The translations under genes were made by a program, and so were the position numbers. Source: Chiloscyllium plagiosum (taxonomy: Eukaryota). From it: a stretch of 64,000 nt of DNA. The DNA is taken from positions 86,932,274-86,996,273 of the forward strand of contig NC_057719.1 in assembly GCF_004010195.1 (NCBI RefSeq). Direction: 5' to 3'. The notes under the pieces were generated by a model. That model saw nothing but the letters and a program-made list of their open reading frames with translations. It ran no database searches and was not told the DNA's origin. This document shows, one piece after another, positions 51,585 through 63,121 of the stretch (within the stretch, counting starts at the first letter, position 1; every line of letters starts with the position of its first letter).

Positions 51585-52320
51585 GAAGATGGTGAGGACT
51601 GGAGAGTCAGAGTCGATAGTGTGGTGCTGGAAAAAGCACGGCAGGTCAGGAGCATCTGAAGAACAGGACAGTCGATGTTTCAGGCAGGACCTGTCTTCAG
51701 GATTGGGGTGGGTGAAAGGGGTTGAGAAAGAGAGGGAGCATGGTGGGCTGGTGGAAAGGGAGGTGGGATAGCAGTAGATGGATGCAGATAGGAGGGGCTT
51801 GTGATGCGGTGGAGCAGTTAAGTGGAAAGGATGATGGGCAAGTAGGTCTTGTCAAGAGGACAGTACAGAGTCAGAGGGTTGGATGGGGTGGTGGAGAGAT
51901 TTAGAAACTGGTGAGTTCAATGTTAAGGCCATTAGGTTGTAGGCTCCTAAGGCAGAAGATGAGGTATTCTTCCTACAATTTGCAGGTGGCCTTGTTTAGG
52001 CAGTGGAGGAGGCCCAGAATGGACATGTCATCGGGGGAGTTGAAGGGGAGTTTTGAAATAGTTGGCCATCGGAAACGGGTTGGTTGGTGCATATGGATGA
52101 GAGGTGTTCCATCTCTGATGCAGAGAAGACCAAATCATGAGCAATAGATGCAGTAAATGAGGTTTGAAGATATGCACGTAAATCTCTGCCAGATTTGGAA
52201 GGATACTTTGGGGCCTTGGACAGAGGCGAGAGGGGAGGTATGGGCACAGGCTTTGTACCTCTCATGGCGGCAGGGGAAGGTGACCGGTGTGGAGAGGGGG
52301 TTGGTGGGGAGCATGGGCTT
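51585..52320 (-). mobile_element. Penelope-like 3' portion, decayed
   Basis: pLTR at ~51590-51705, G-rich region, GIY-YIG remnant atttactgcatctattgc on the minus strand. Confidence 0.8.
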
Positions 52321-52879
52321 AAGATGGAGTGCTATTCAGCTGTGAAAGAAGGTACATGTTTGCAAGTTCATAAAATGGTACAGGTTCTATTGCAGTTTGG
52401 TTTGTCTGCTCAGAAACTTTGTATTATACACTTCCTGATAAAATTAAAGCAGTAATGGTACTTCTTTAGAAGATAGCTGGCGTCTAAGCTATTGAACTCC
52501 GCTTTGAGAAAGATATGAGGTTTAAAGAGGATGCAATCCAGATTAACTTTTGGCAAGAGGAAATATAAATGCAAAGAAAGACCTGAGTGGGTAATGGAAA
52601 TTGAGCACTAAAACGATAGCTGCAGATTGCTGTCGGTGCCTTCACCAAACTGTTAATTCAAACTTTACTTTGCAGCTCTTCCTTGAGGCTTCCTTATCTA
52701 GTTGATGGCCAGTAACTTCAAAAACAGCGTTTTATATTGACAGCTATCATCTTAGAGACAAACTCGTGTGATTCAAAATTCAACATATTGCTCTGAAAAC
52801 ATTGCTCATATTTTGATAGCTGTAACAAATTGCAGCACTACTGCTGAGACAATTCACAAAGTGGTAACGTTCTTGTTAG

Positions 52880-53945
52880 TGATGTCTACCACTTGTGTTT
52901 TTCCTGCATCCTGAAATTGCGAAAGTCACCTGTCAATCAAATTTGAGATACCTTTATCCTTCCAAGGCAGTCTGAGAAAGACTGGACATATTTTTCAGTG
53001 CTGCACAAGCTCATGAACACATCTCAGGTTGATGCTAACACGATGCTGGTTTCAAACCAAGACATGTTCTACCTATTACACAAATGAGCAATGTGAGAAA
53101 TGTTTTTTGGTGCCGATGTGATAATAGGTATGTTAAGGTGTTCATATCAAAGGCTGGTGGTTCATATCAGACAGCATGTCGCTTTACCTGATGCGACATG
53201 TAAACTAGTGACCTTAGCTGTCAGAGTTTGCAAATCTCAATACAATATGTAACGATGCATGTCATTTTGTGATTGGACAGCATTTGTTAAATTATCCTGA
53301 CTATGCAAAGAATTGTACTGACAGCCCCTTTAAGATTATCAATCTCGTGTGCACTGAAAAAGACACATTAACACACAGGGCACTGGTTTTTGCAGACAGA
53401 AATAACGTGCACATGCTGCTCCTGTTTCAACTTAACAAAATAGATGACTGCCATTTGCTGGACCATTGGTCATGGCATAGCCCTGAGAAATCAGTTAGCC
53501 TGCCTAATTTAAGTTCGAGCTGAAAATGTGTTGTTGGAAAAGCGCAGCAGGTCAGGCAGCATCCAAGGAACAGGAGAATCGACGTTTCGGGCATAAGCCC
53601 CTGAAGAAGGGCTTATGCCCGAAACGTCAATCCTCCTGTTCCTTGGATGCTGCCTGACCTGCTGCGCTTTTCCAGCAACACATTTTCAGCTCTGATCTCC
53701 AGCATCTGCAGCCCTCACTTTCTCTCTAATTTAAGTTCGAACAATGCTTAGCTTTAATTGGCCGTCACCACCTCTGATATTCTCTGTGACAATCCTTTAC
53801 CAATCGACACACTCCTTTTCTATGGTATGATATTGTTTTCCTTTACGTTTGTACTTGAAAATTTTCCTGATGTGTTTCAGATGTTAGAGCTCTGACACAA
53901 TGTATCTATTTTCAACAAGCTCAAGTTCTTGACTACCAAATGCCT
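52880..53945 (+). mobile_element. Ancient Penelope-like remnant (different family) hosting a fold-back element
   Basis: Decayed GIY-YIG-type sequence LPITQMSNV...CRCDNRYV...IRQHV and IGQHLLNYPDYAKNCTDSPFKII. Confidence 0.6.
53519..53725. mobile_element. Fold-back pLTR mini-element with intact plus-strand core
   Basis: CTGAAGA-AGGGC-TTAT-GCCC-GAAA-CGTC at 53601-53628; TSD ctaatttaagttcga at 53504-53518 and 53726-53740. Confidence 0.92.
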
Positions 53946-54329
53946 ACTTGTAATCCTTCTCATCATCATAAATGAATCCCAGGGTAACATCTTGTGACAT
54001 CCCAGTGTTGCACCACTGTAATTGCAGGTTGGAAGGTGCGAAATCTATTCTGCCAGTTTTTTTCACAGTTGGGAGTTTCTGAGATTCATGTGGCGGTAAT
54101 GAATTTGCCTGAAACACAAGTGACCGCACAACAGTCAGTTGCTGTCCAAGAGAAACCATGTAAATGTCAGTCAGGTGAAGAGCAGTGATACTCAAAACTA
54201 GTGAACAGTTTGGAATAATTATCTTTTCCTGTACTGGTATAAATAATATCAGTTCTTGAGCAAGCCTTTTCCTTCACATTAGAATGTTTTATTCTGAAGT
54301 TAAGCTCACTTTCTCTGATCCTACTCTGT

Positions 54330-55470
54330 GTAGTTGACAAGAGGGAGCCAGTTGATGTATATTTTGATTTTAGAAAATATTGACGATGTCCAGCATAAGA
54401 GATTATTGTGCAACATTAAACCGCATAGGATTGGGACAAGTGTGCTGAGATAGAACATTGGTTAGCAGAGAGGAAGCAAAGAGGAGGAATTAATGAGTCC
54501 TTTTCAAATTGGCAGGCAGTAACTCGTGGGGTGACACAAGGATCGGTGCGAGGACCCCCAACTATTGACTATATACTAATGATTTGGATGAGGGAACAAG
54601 ATGTAACATCTCAAAGTTTGCAAATAATAACAAGTTGGGGGGGGGGGTGAGGATGAACTGTGAGGGTGCAGAGATGCTTCAGCATCATCTGGACAGGTTG
54701 GGTGAGTGGGCAAATCAATGGCGGATGCAGCATAATTTGGATAAATGTGAACTCATTCACTTTGGAAGCAAAAACAAGATGACAGATTATCTGGCTGTTG
54801 GGAGAGGGGAGTGTGTGCCAGTTGCTGAAGGCAGGTATTGAGATGCAGCAGATGGTAAGGAAGGCAAATGGTATGTTGGCTTCATTGCAAGAGGAGCAGG
54901 GATGTGTTGTTCAAGCTATACAGAGCCTTGGTGAGGCCATGCCTAGAATATCATCTGCAGTTTTGATCTCCTTTTCTGAGGAAAGATGCTCTCGCTTTCA
55001 AGGGAGTGCAGCAAAGATTTACCAGGGTGATTCTGGGGATGGCGGGACTGATAAATGAGGAGAAATTGACTCGGTTAGGATTAGTTTTGTTGGAGTTCAG
55101 ATGAGTTGGGGGGGGTGGCGGGGATTCTCAGAGATTTAGCAAATTCTAACAGGACTAGACAGGGTAGATGCAGGAAGGATGTTTCTGATGGTGGGTGCGT
55201 CCAGAACCAGGGGTCACAGTCTGAGGATTTGGGGTGACCATTTAGGGCAGAGATAAGAAGACAATTCTTCACTCCAAGTGTGGTGAGCCTGTGGAATTCA
55301 TTCACTGTTGATGCCAAACATTTGAATGTCTTCGAGGGGCAGCTAGAAATAGCACTTGGGGCAAATGGAACCAAAGATTATGGGGAGAAAGCAGGATTAG
55401 GCTGTTAGACGATCAACCATGATCGTGATGAATAGTGGAGCACACTTGAAGGGCTGAATGGCGGCCGCCT
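54330..55470 (+). mobile_element. Old CR1 RT/3' portion
   Basis: DLDEGTRCNISKFANNNKLGG...WRMQHNLDKCELIHFGSKN. Confidence 0.85.
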
Positions 55471-55614
55471 CTTTTTTTTATTTCTGTATTTTCAAATTAA
55501 TCCATTCATTTCGTGTACATCTCTGGAGCAGATGGGACTTGAACCCATACCCTACCACTGTGCCACAAGAGCCCTCCTGAGTGTAGTTTAAGTTTGAGTT
55601 ATAGTCTCTAAAGT

Positions 55615-55912
55615 GGTTCAGCAGGCCATTTGGCCCAATGAGTTCACACTAACCCTCTAAAGAGCATCTCATAGACACACCACCCCCTGTCTTTGTAACC
55701 CTGCATTTCCCATAGTTGATCCACTGAGCCTGCTTATCATGGGCAATTAAGCATGGCTAGTCCACCTAACCTGCACATCTTTGATTGGAGGAAACCACCA
55801 CAGAAGCAGGGAGAATGTGTGGGGCCTGCACAGATAGTCCCCCGAGGGTGAAATCTGACCTGGGTCCGTGGTACTGTGAGGCAGCAGTGCTTACCACTGA
55901 GTCACCATGCTG
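55615..55912 (-). mobile_element. Older HE1/V-SINE copy
   Basis: Reverse-complement head gcatggtgactcagtggtaagcactgctgcctcacag. Confidence 0.8.
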
Positions 55913-56215
55913 TTCAAGTGTAGTTTAAAACTACACAGGCAAGTGATGCAAGTTGGTATATTTTAATATTCTTCATAGCTTGTCCAGTCAAAATTGGGTT
56001 CATAGACTGACTACCTAATTACGATGGCTGTACCTTTTAAGAAATTGTGGCAATTAACACAATCAAAGGTGGTCAAACTCAAAGTTACAACAGTGAAACT
56101 TTAATCAGCATCTACTTGTGAATCTTGTTTAACTACTGCTGCATTCTCACAAGCAGAAACTGAAATCACAAAATAGGCACAAATGAATTAGCTGATCAGG
56201 TGCAGCAGCATTTGG

Positions 56216-56381
56216 GTAAAAACAATGACTGCAGATGCTGGAAACCAGGTTTTGGATTCGTAGTGCTGGAAAAGCACAGCAGTTCAGGCAGCATCTGAGG
56301 AGCAGTAAAATCGGCGTTTCTGGCAAAAGCCCTTCATCAGGAATACAGGCAGAGTGCCTGAAGGTTGGAGAGATAAACGAG
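56216..56381 (-). mobile_element. Single-arm pLTR mini-element with hammerhead-like core
   Basis: TSD agcagcatttgg at 56204-56215 and 56382-56393; minus-strand CTGATGAAGGGCTTTTGCCAGAAACGCC. Confidence 0.85.
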
Positions 56382-56610
56382 AGCAGCATTTGGTATAATG
56401 TACCTGCTGTGGTAACGTATACACTTGGAATCTTGGTAATAGTGTAGTAGCAAATATTGAATGCTATTCTAGTACTGTTCTAATCCCAAGCACAAGATTT
56501 ATTAGGGGCGTTACACAAGGTTTGGTTACAGTACATAGTACCGTGAGACACAGTCATGGGAGCCAGTGAACTAATTGTATGAATCGGCATTAGTGAGATA
56601 ATTTGAATAC

Positions 56611-57125
56611 TGCCATCCTGTTTCTCCCCTCAGTCAAAGCAAAACGCTCAGAGACTGCATAGTTGTACCTCCTTTATTCCATCTTTATTCTGGGCCATGG
56701 AGGGAGAGAGAACGGTCACCCATGTGCCCAGAGACATGACTTCACGGTCTTCTCTGGAACATGAGTTTCTCAATGAACTATATAGTCATTTTGCAGGGAG
56801 GAGCATCGAGATAAGGCAACATACATATTAATGGGTGACCATTACAATCAATGAGTATCAATAGCAGAGACCAAGCCCTTTACTGTTGGACAATGAATGT
56901 TCTTAACCTTGTTAACTGGATTCATAAAATGGATACTTTCCCCTTGCTAGCTGACCTGTAAACTGAATGCTTCCAATCTTGTTAAATAGCTGTACTTAAT
57001 TATTGTTTTTCCACCATGCTAACCCATTACCCTTGCCCCCTACATCTCATTCCTAACTGTAAGTTCTTACCTGATCTCAGAACTTAACTCTACCCCTGCC
57101 TGCTTATACCCTACATATATTCTCA
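56611..57125 (-). mobile_element. Solo LTR, same family as 35096-35631
   Basis: TG...CA termini; flanks atac/atat; shared gtttctcaatgaactatatag and agataaggcaacatacatatt. Confidence 0.78.
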
Positions 57126-58454
57126 ATATAACAGTACTTAGTGTTGCTATGAGATAAATTACTTGTATAAGCAACTAGAGTATAGGGGTGTGTTGGGGGG
57201 GGGGGGGCTGCTAGGGACCAGATTGTCTTTAAATGAGATTAGTTGAGGAATAATTACAGTACTGTCTGGCAGGTTGGGGGCATGCATCTGCTCCCCTTGC
57301 TCTTCCATGTTGTATATACTCTCAAGATGTGGTTTTGATATTGCTGTGGTACACCTTGTTTACATTGCTACCATTGGCACCCATTACCTTAAATGCTATC
57401 AAGCAGGCTGCTTTGTTCTAGGTAGTATTGATATTCTAAAATGTTGGAGGTGTGCTCACCTTGATAAGTGAAGCGTACTCTATCACGCTCCAGCCTTATG
57501 TCTTGCAGGTGCTGGACTGGAGTGTCAGGAGATGCCTTAATTATGACAGAATTCCTCCAACCTCAATGTCAGTGTTTATTTGGCTGGTCTAGTTTAGTTT
57601 CCAGTCATCATAACTCCCGGGATGTTGATCGGAGTGTCTCAGCGTGTAGATGGTCTTTGACTGGCACTTCCGTGGTTTGAATGTTGCTATCAGCCCAAGC
57701 CTGAATATCGCCTCGGCAACTGTACTCGCTTGGGTGCAACAATAGTATTGGACACAGTAACAGTATTGAAACAGTGACAGCAATGAGTACACTATACTGT
57801 AATAACATTGGGCAAAATGGTAACATCTGTTATGTAATGATATCCACTGCTGCTTAAGTGATCTCAAAGCGGGAGTTCTTCTAACAAAAAAAGCAGCCAG
57901 TTGTCCAGTGTGACCATGGTCAACTGCCCCTGATCTTGACCTGACTCAGAGTATTTTGAGGTGTGTTAACACCAAGGCAAGGAAAAGCTTGCATTTGCAT
58001 AACATTTTTGATTCGTCAAGAAAACCAGAATGTACTTTTGAAGTGGTGTCACCAGCATAGAAGACATGACAGCCAGTTTCTACACAGCAAGATTCCGTGA
58101 GTAGCAATGCAATTCATGACCAGATTATCTTATGATGTATGGTGATGAATAAATATAGGCTGTGATGTGACTGTACATAATGCCATGTGGTCTGTTCTGA
58201 ATATTTTTCTAATCAACCTGTTCAGAGATGTATTTATATACCTCTGGAGCAGGCGGGACTTGAACCAGTCCTCCTGGCCTTTAGAGATAGGGAATCCTTC
58301 TGTGAGTGCACTTGGGGACATGGCCTGTTAATCTCAAGATTGCATGGTATCAGTACCTTTCAAATTTACAAATCAGGGTGAAATGATTGTGAATGTACAG
58401 GAATTAAATACATAAACACAAAGTACCTTAATATTTCACAAATGTTTTGCATGA

Positions 58455-59960
58455 TATGTTGGTTAGGTCACTTTTGGAATATTTGAGTGCAATTCTGGTC
58501 TCCTTTTTACTGGAAGGATGTTGTAAAACTTGAAAGGGTTCAGAAATGATTTACAAGGATGTTGCCAGGGTTGGAGGATTTGAGTTATAGGGGGAGGCTG
58601 AATAGGTTGGGGCTGTTTTTTCTGGAGCCTCGGAGGCTGATGGGTGACCTCTATAGACGTTTATAAAATCATGAGGGGTATCAATAGAGTAATTAAAGTT
58701 TTTTCCCTGGAGTGAGGGAGTCCAGAACTAGAGGGCATAGATTTTAGGGTGAGGGGAGAAAGATATGAAAGAGACCTAAGGGGCAATCTTTCCATGCAGA
58801 GGGTGGTGCATGTTTGGACTGAACTGTCAGAGGAAGTGGTGGAGGCAGGTACAATTGGAATATTTAAAAGGCATCTGGATGGGTATGTGATTAGGAAGGG
58901 TTTAGAAGCAATATGGGCCAAGTGTTGGCAAATAAGACTAAATTAGGTTGGGATATCTGGTTGCCACAGTCGAAATGGATCGAAGGATCTGTTTCCATGC
59001 TGTACATCTCTCTGACTCTGGGGGTGTGTGGGGTGGGATGTGGCAGGAATTAAGTACTGTCATCATCACTAAAGTAGTACTAGACAAAGTAATGGGGCTG
59101 AAGGCAGATATGTTCTGTCACAACTGGTTATAATGTGTTAATGATTTGGGAGGTGGTGAATGTACTGTAGCCAGTTTTTTTAAACACAAAAATTTGAGAG
59201 ATATTGATAGGTTAAGTAAGTGAGCAAGCAGTTGGCAAGTGGAGTATAATGTCGGAAATTGTGAAGTTGCACATCTTAAGGAGAGCAAAAGATCGTATTT
59301 AATTGGAGAAAAATGCAGAAAGCTGCAATGCAAAAGGACCTGAGTATGTACTTGTACATAAAACGCAAAAAGCTAACCCATCAGTGCAGCAGGTAATCAG
59401 TAAGGTTATTGGATCGTTAGCTCGTATCTGGAGTAATGTTGAGCTGTTTTGGTCCCTTGTGTAAGGAAAAATATAATTTCATTGGAGGCAGTTCAGAGAA
59501 CTCTGATGATTCCTAGTAATTGGCTCCAGAGCAAAGACTAAATAGTTTGAATGTCTACCTCTTATCCTTCTAAATTCTAGTAAGTAATCTCATTGAAACA
59601 AATGGGTTTCTTAAGGGGATTGAAAAGTAAACGCTGAGAGGATGTTTCCCCTCTGAGTCAATAACCAGAGGGCATGGTCTCAGAATGAAGGGGTGTCAGT
59701 TTAAGACTGCAATGAGAAGGAATTTCTTTCGAGGATTGAGTGTCTTTGGAACTCCTTGTCACAGCAGCCCTCGCTGTAGGCAAAGCTCCTTGTGCTTAAG
59801 GCTAAGAATCCTTGTATATATTGGAGCTAAGATAGAGAATCAAGTTTTGAGGGTAGGGTGATGGATCTGAGGAATTTCGGATTGGCAATGATCCCATTGA
59901 TTGATGGAGCATACCTGAAGGGCTGAATGACCTACTCCGTTCTTACCACTTGCGGTATTA
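58455..59960 (+). mobile_element. HER1 3' fragment (~58455-59020) followed by an older CR1 fragment
   Basis: HER1 3' motifs and tail ctctctgactct, then decayed RT. Confidence 0.85.
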
Positions 59961-61501
59961 TGGAGGCTGGAAATCTGAAATAAAATCAAATTACTGGAGA
60001 TAGTTTTAATCAACCTGCTTGGAGATGTTATTCACACCTCTAGAGCAGAATGGACTTGAACCGAAGCTTCTGACTTGGAGCCTCTACAATTGCCTTACCA
60101 GGGAGAAACTCAGCAGATGTACCAGTATCTATGGAGAGAAAAAACAGCATTCATGTTTCAAATGTGATATGACTTCAATAGTTGAAATAAGGCTGGACAT
60201 GATGCTTGGTTAATTTATGCAACAGAAGCACTTTTGTATCTGTTTAATACACTGAATTGCAAGTTTTACTTAACTGCAGTGGTCCATACTTAAAGTTTGA
60301 AATTGCTTCAAATCTAAAATATACAGGTGGTGAGTGGAATTAATTCACCTGCGGGGTCAAGTGTTAACTTGGAGTTTGCCATCACACACTGCTCCTAGTT
60401 GCATTTCTACTTTACATATTTAGTATTTGCGTTGCTTTACTGTTAACTGAACGCTTTGATTTTATAATGTTTAATGCATTTGCTAGTGGCTGCAGGATCT
60501 CAAGTCACAATTGTCGCCTGACTTGTTTAAGTAGCTCTATTGTCAAAAAGAAATGAAACTTAATATCTTACTGCTTTACAACTTTACGTTCCTCGTAAAA
60601 AAATGATAGACCTGCAAATACCAGTATTTCACCTTGCAGATACAAATCAAAGTTAAAGAATAAAAAAAAAATTGCGCACAGATCTATTTACCCTATCTAG
60701 TATTATTGGTAGATAATTAGTCAATGACACAGGTCATGTTCTGGGGGCCCAGGTTTGAATCCATGGCAGATGGTGGGATTTGAATTCAACACAGTTTGGA
60801 TTTAAGAGTCTAATGACCATGAAACCATTGACGATTACTAGGAAAGATTCACCTGATTCACTGTCCTTTAGGGAAGGAAGCTTGTGTGGTCTGGCTGACA
60901 TGTTACTCCAGATCCACAATAAATGGCGAAGTGGCACCCACATCCAGTGAAGAAATTAAAAAAGGATACAGTGCCCTGGAGGGTGTTCAGTGAAATTTTG
61001 CCATACTGCTTTTGGAATGAGAGGATTGTGAAAACAGTTTGTATAACTATATCTATATTTCATGGTGTTTTCAAAGAATGAGAGATGATGTAATTAAAAG
61101 AAAATTCTGAAAGAGTTTAACAGGGTGAATGTTATTTTAATTGACAAACCTATGAATTGGATCATGGTATCGGATTGGGGATCAACTTTTTAGAACTGAG
61201 GTGACCAAAGTTTTAATCACTCTAAAAGTGGGAATCTTTGGAATTTTAGACTGCTGTGGATGGTCAGCTGTTGAGCATGTTTGAGACAGTTGACAGACTT
61301 TTACGCACGAAGATGGAGTTAAGGCATAAAATCTTCAGTGGGGCGGCAAGTCTGAAGGGTTGAAAAGTCTGCACCTATCTATTATCTTCCCAGGTATCAC
61401 TACGTAGTGTTTTCAGTTGAAGTGGATTATACTCTGACTATATTCCGTTGAAATGCCTACAGTTGCACAGGGTGCAAGATGTGCATTATTGCCAGACCAA
61501 C

Positions 61502-61917
61502 TAGAGTCATAGAGATGTACAGCTCAGAAACACTCTTTCATTCAACTAGTCCATACTAACCAGATATCCCAATCTAATCTAGTCCCATTTGCCAGCACTT
61601 GGCCCATATACCTCTTAAACCCTTTCTATTCGTATACCCATCCAGATGCCTCTTAAATGTAATTATACCAGTTTCCAACGCTACTTCTGGCAGCTCATTC
61701 CATACATGTACCACCTTCTGCATGAAAATGTTGCCCCTTAGGTTCCTTTTATATCTTTCCCCTCTCACCCTAAGCCTATGCCCTCTAGTTCTGGACTCCC
61801 CCACTCCAGGGAAAATACTTTGTCTATTTACCCTATCCATGCCCCTCATGATTTATAAACCTTTATAAGGTCCCCACTCAGCCTCTGACACACCAGGAAT
61901 GGCAGCCCCAGCCTATT
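61502..61917 (-). mobile_element. HER1 3' fragment
   Basis: ORF 61574-61849 MRGMDRVNRQSIFPGVGESRTRGH...WNELPE; tail tagagtcatagag. Confidence 0.9.
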
Positions 61918-62112
61918 AGAGTTTTGAGAACTGCACACTCTTTAATGTTCAGATTTGAAATCTTGGTGTCTTGCTCATTCAGACTGAAAAACTGCAGTCA
62001 CTTAAAGGTTTATAAGAATCTGTATGTACTTCGTAATGTTGCTGATTATGTTGATCTGATTTCTGTAGTACCTTCAGAAGGCCCAGTTTCTCCTACACGA
62101 GAGGAACTTTCT

Positions 62113-62255
62113 ATGGCAGCAGATTTACTTCAAAGTGAGAATGGCAGTGGTGCAGAGCTGGCAAAGCCTCTCCATCTTCAGTACCTGGAGCGTGCTCTTA
62201 GACTTGATCCTTTCCTGCGTCAGGCAGCAAATGTCTTCAACAGGCCTATTTCAAG
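62113..62255 (+). CDS. INO80: INO80 first coding exon (exon 2 from 62069; ATG at 62113): MAADLLQSENGSGAELAKPLHLQYLERALRLDPFLRQAANVFNRPIS
   Basis: Matches the vertebrate INO80 N-terminus (ELAKPLYLQYLERALRLDHFLRQTSAIFNRNISS); acceptor tttctgtag; donor AG|gtaaga. Confidence 0.96.
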
Positions 62256-62945
62256 GTAAGACAGCTTGCAGAAGTTGGATTGCATTTTTTGCCTAAGTTG
62301 TGAATGGGGTATGCGATTGGATGGCTGGCTGGTCCTGCTTTATTGAACATGCCTGGTTTCCCTTGAAGGTTGTGGTGAGCTGCCTCCTTGAACAGCTGCA
62401 ATATATTTTGTTTACGTAGACCCACAATGTTGTGAAGGCAGGAGTTCCAGAATTTTAATCCTGGAACACTGAAGGAATGCTAAGATATAGCTAAATCAGG
62501 ATGGGTAGTGTTTTGAAGGGGACCTTGATAGTGGTAGTCCTAAGTTTCTACTGCCCTTGACCTCGAGACAAAGTGGTCATGTGTTTCAAATTCCTGAAAT
62601 AGTGTAAAAGGACAACTGTTTTAGAGAGGCAGGTGGCAAAGATAGAGCGGTTCTACTTTACTTTCAGTGGTCTTATTTGATGTACATATGCCTTTGTACA
62701 GAAATTGTTTATGCTACCCTTTGTGTAGCATTTGAACAAAGTATACTTGAATCATGAAGGTTCAAGAAATATCTTGTTGTTTGTGTCTTTGATCCTTAAT
62801 TTTATGTGACACTTTTGGATAACCGCATAAATGAATCGTTTTTACCCTCAGAGCACATTTGCAATGTCTGTATTGTATTAACAAGTATCCCCATGTTTAT
62901 TTCTAAATCTGCAAATGCTTCTTTTTGCTTCTCTTACTGTTATAG

Positions 62946-63121
62946 TGACGAGAGCGATGATGGGCTTGAAGATGCTTCGTCATTGTCTAAAACCGGTTCT
63001 GGAAATCTTCTGAACAGTGTTAAAAAGGAGCCTGTAGATGAGGAACTGGGAGAGCAACCAGAAGTTGGACATAGCAGAACTCTGACAGCTCCACCCTCGC
63101 TCAATGGTGCCTTTCATCCAG
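62946..63121 (+). CDS. INO80: INO80 exon 3: (S)DESDDGLEDASSLSKTGSGNLLNSVKKEPVDEELGEQPEVGHSRTLTAPPSLNGAFHP
   Basis: Acceptor tcttactgttatag, donor G|gtaaga; 176 nt, phase 2 to 1; aligns with mammalian DDSEDGLDD...VKEEPP...SLNGVL. Confidence 0.93.

Noticed and set aside
27924..56393. Recurring palindromic units as a CRISPR array or miRNA cluster
   Set aside because: Dispersed rather than regularly spaced, each with its own TSD, and derived from Penelope terminal repeats in a vertebrate genome.
57715..57870. Loose acagta-like repeats
   Set aside because: Degenerate low-complexity sequence with no constant unit or spacer structure.
61924..62112. N-terminal extension of INO80 suggested by the ORF track
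   Set aside because: Runs through intronic sequence upstream of the 62068 acceptor; homology starts at ATG 62113.
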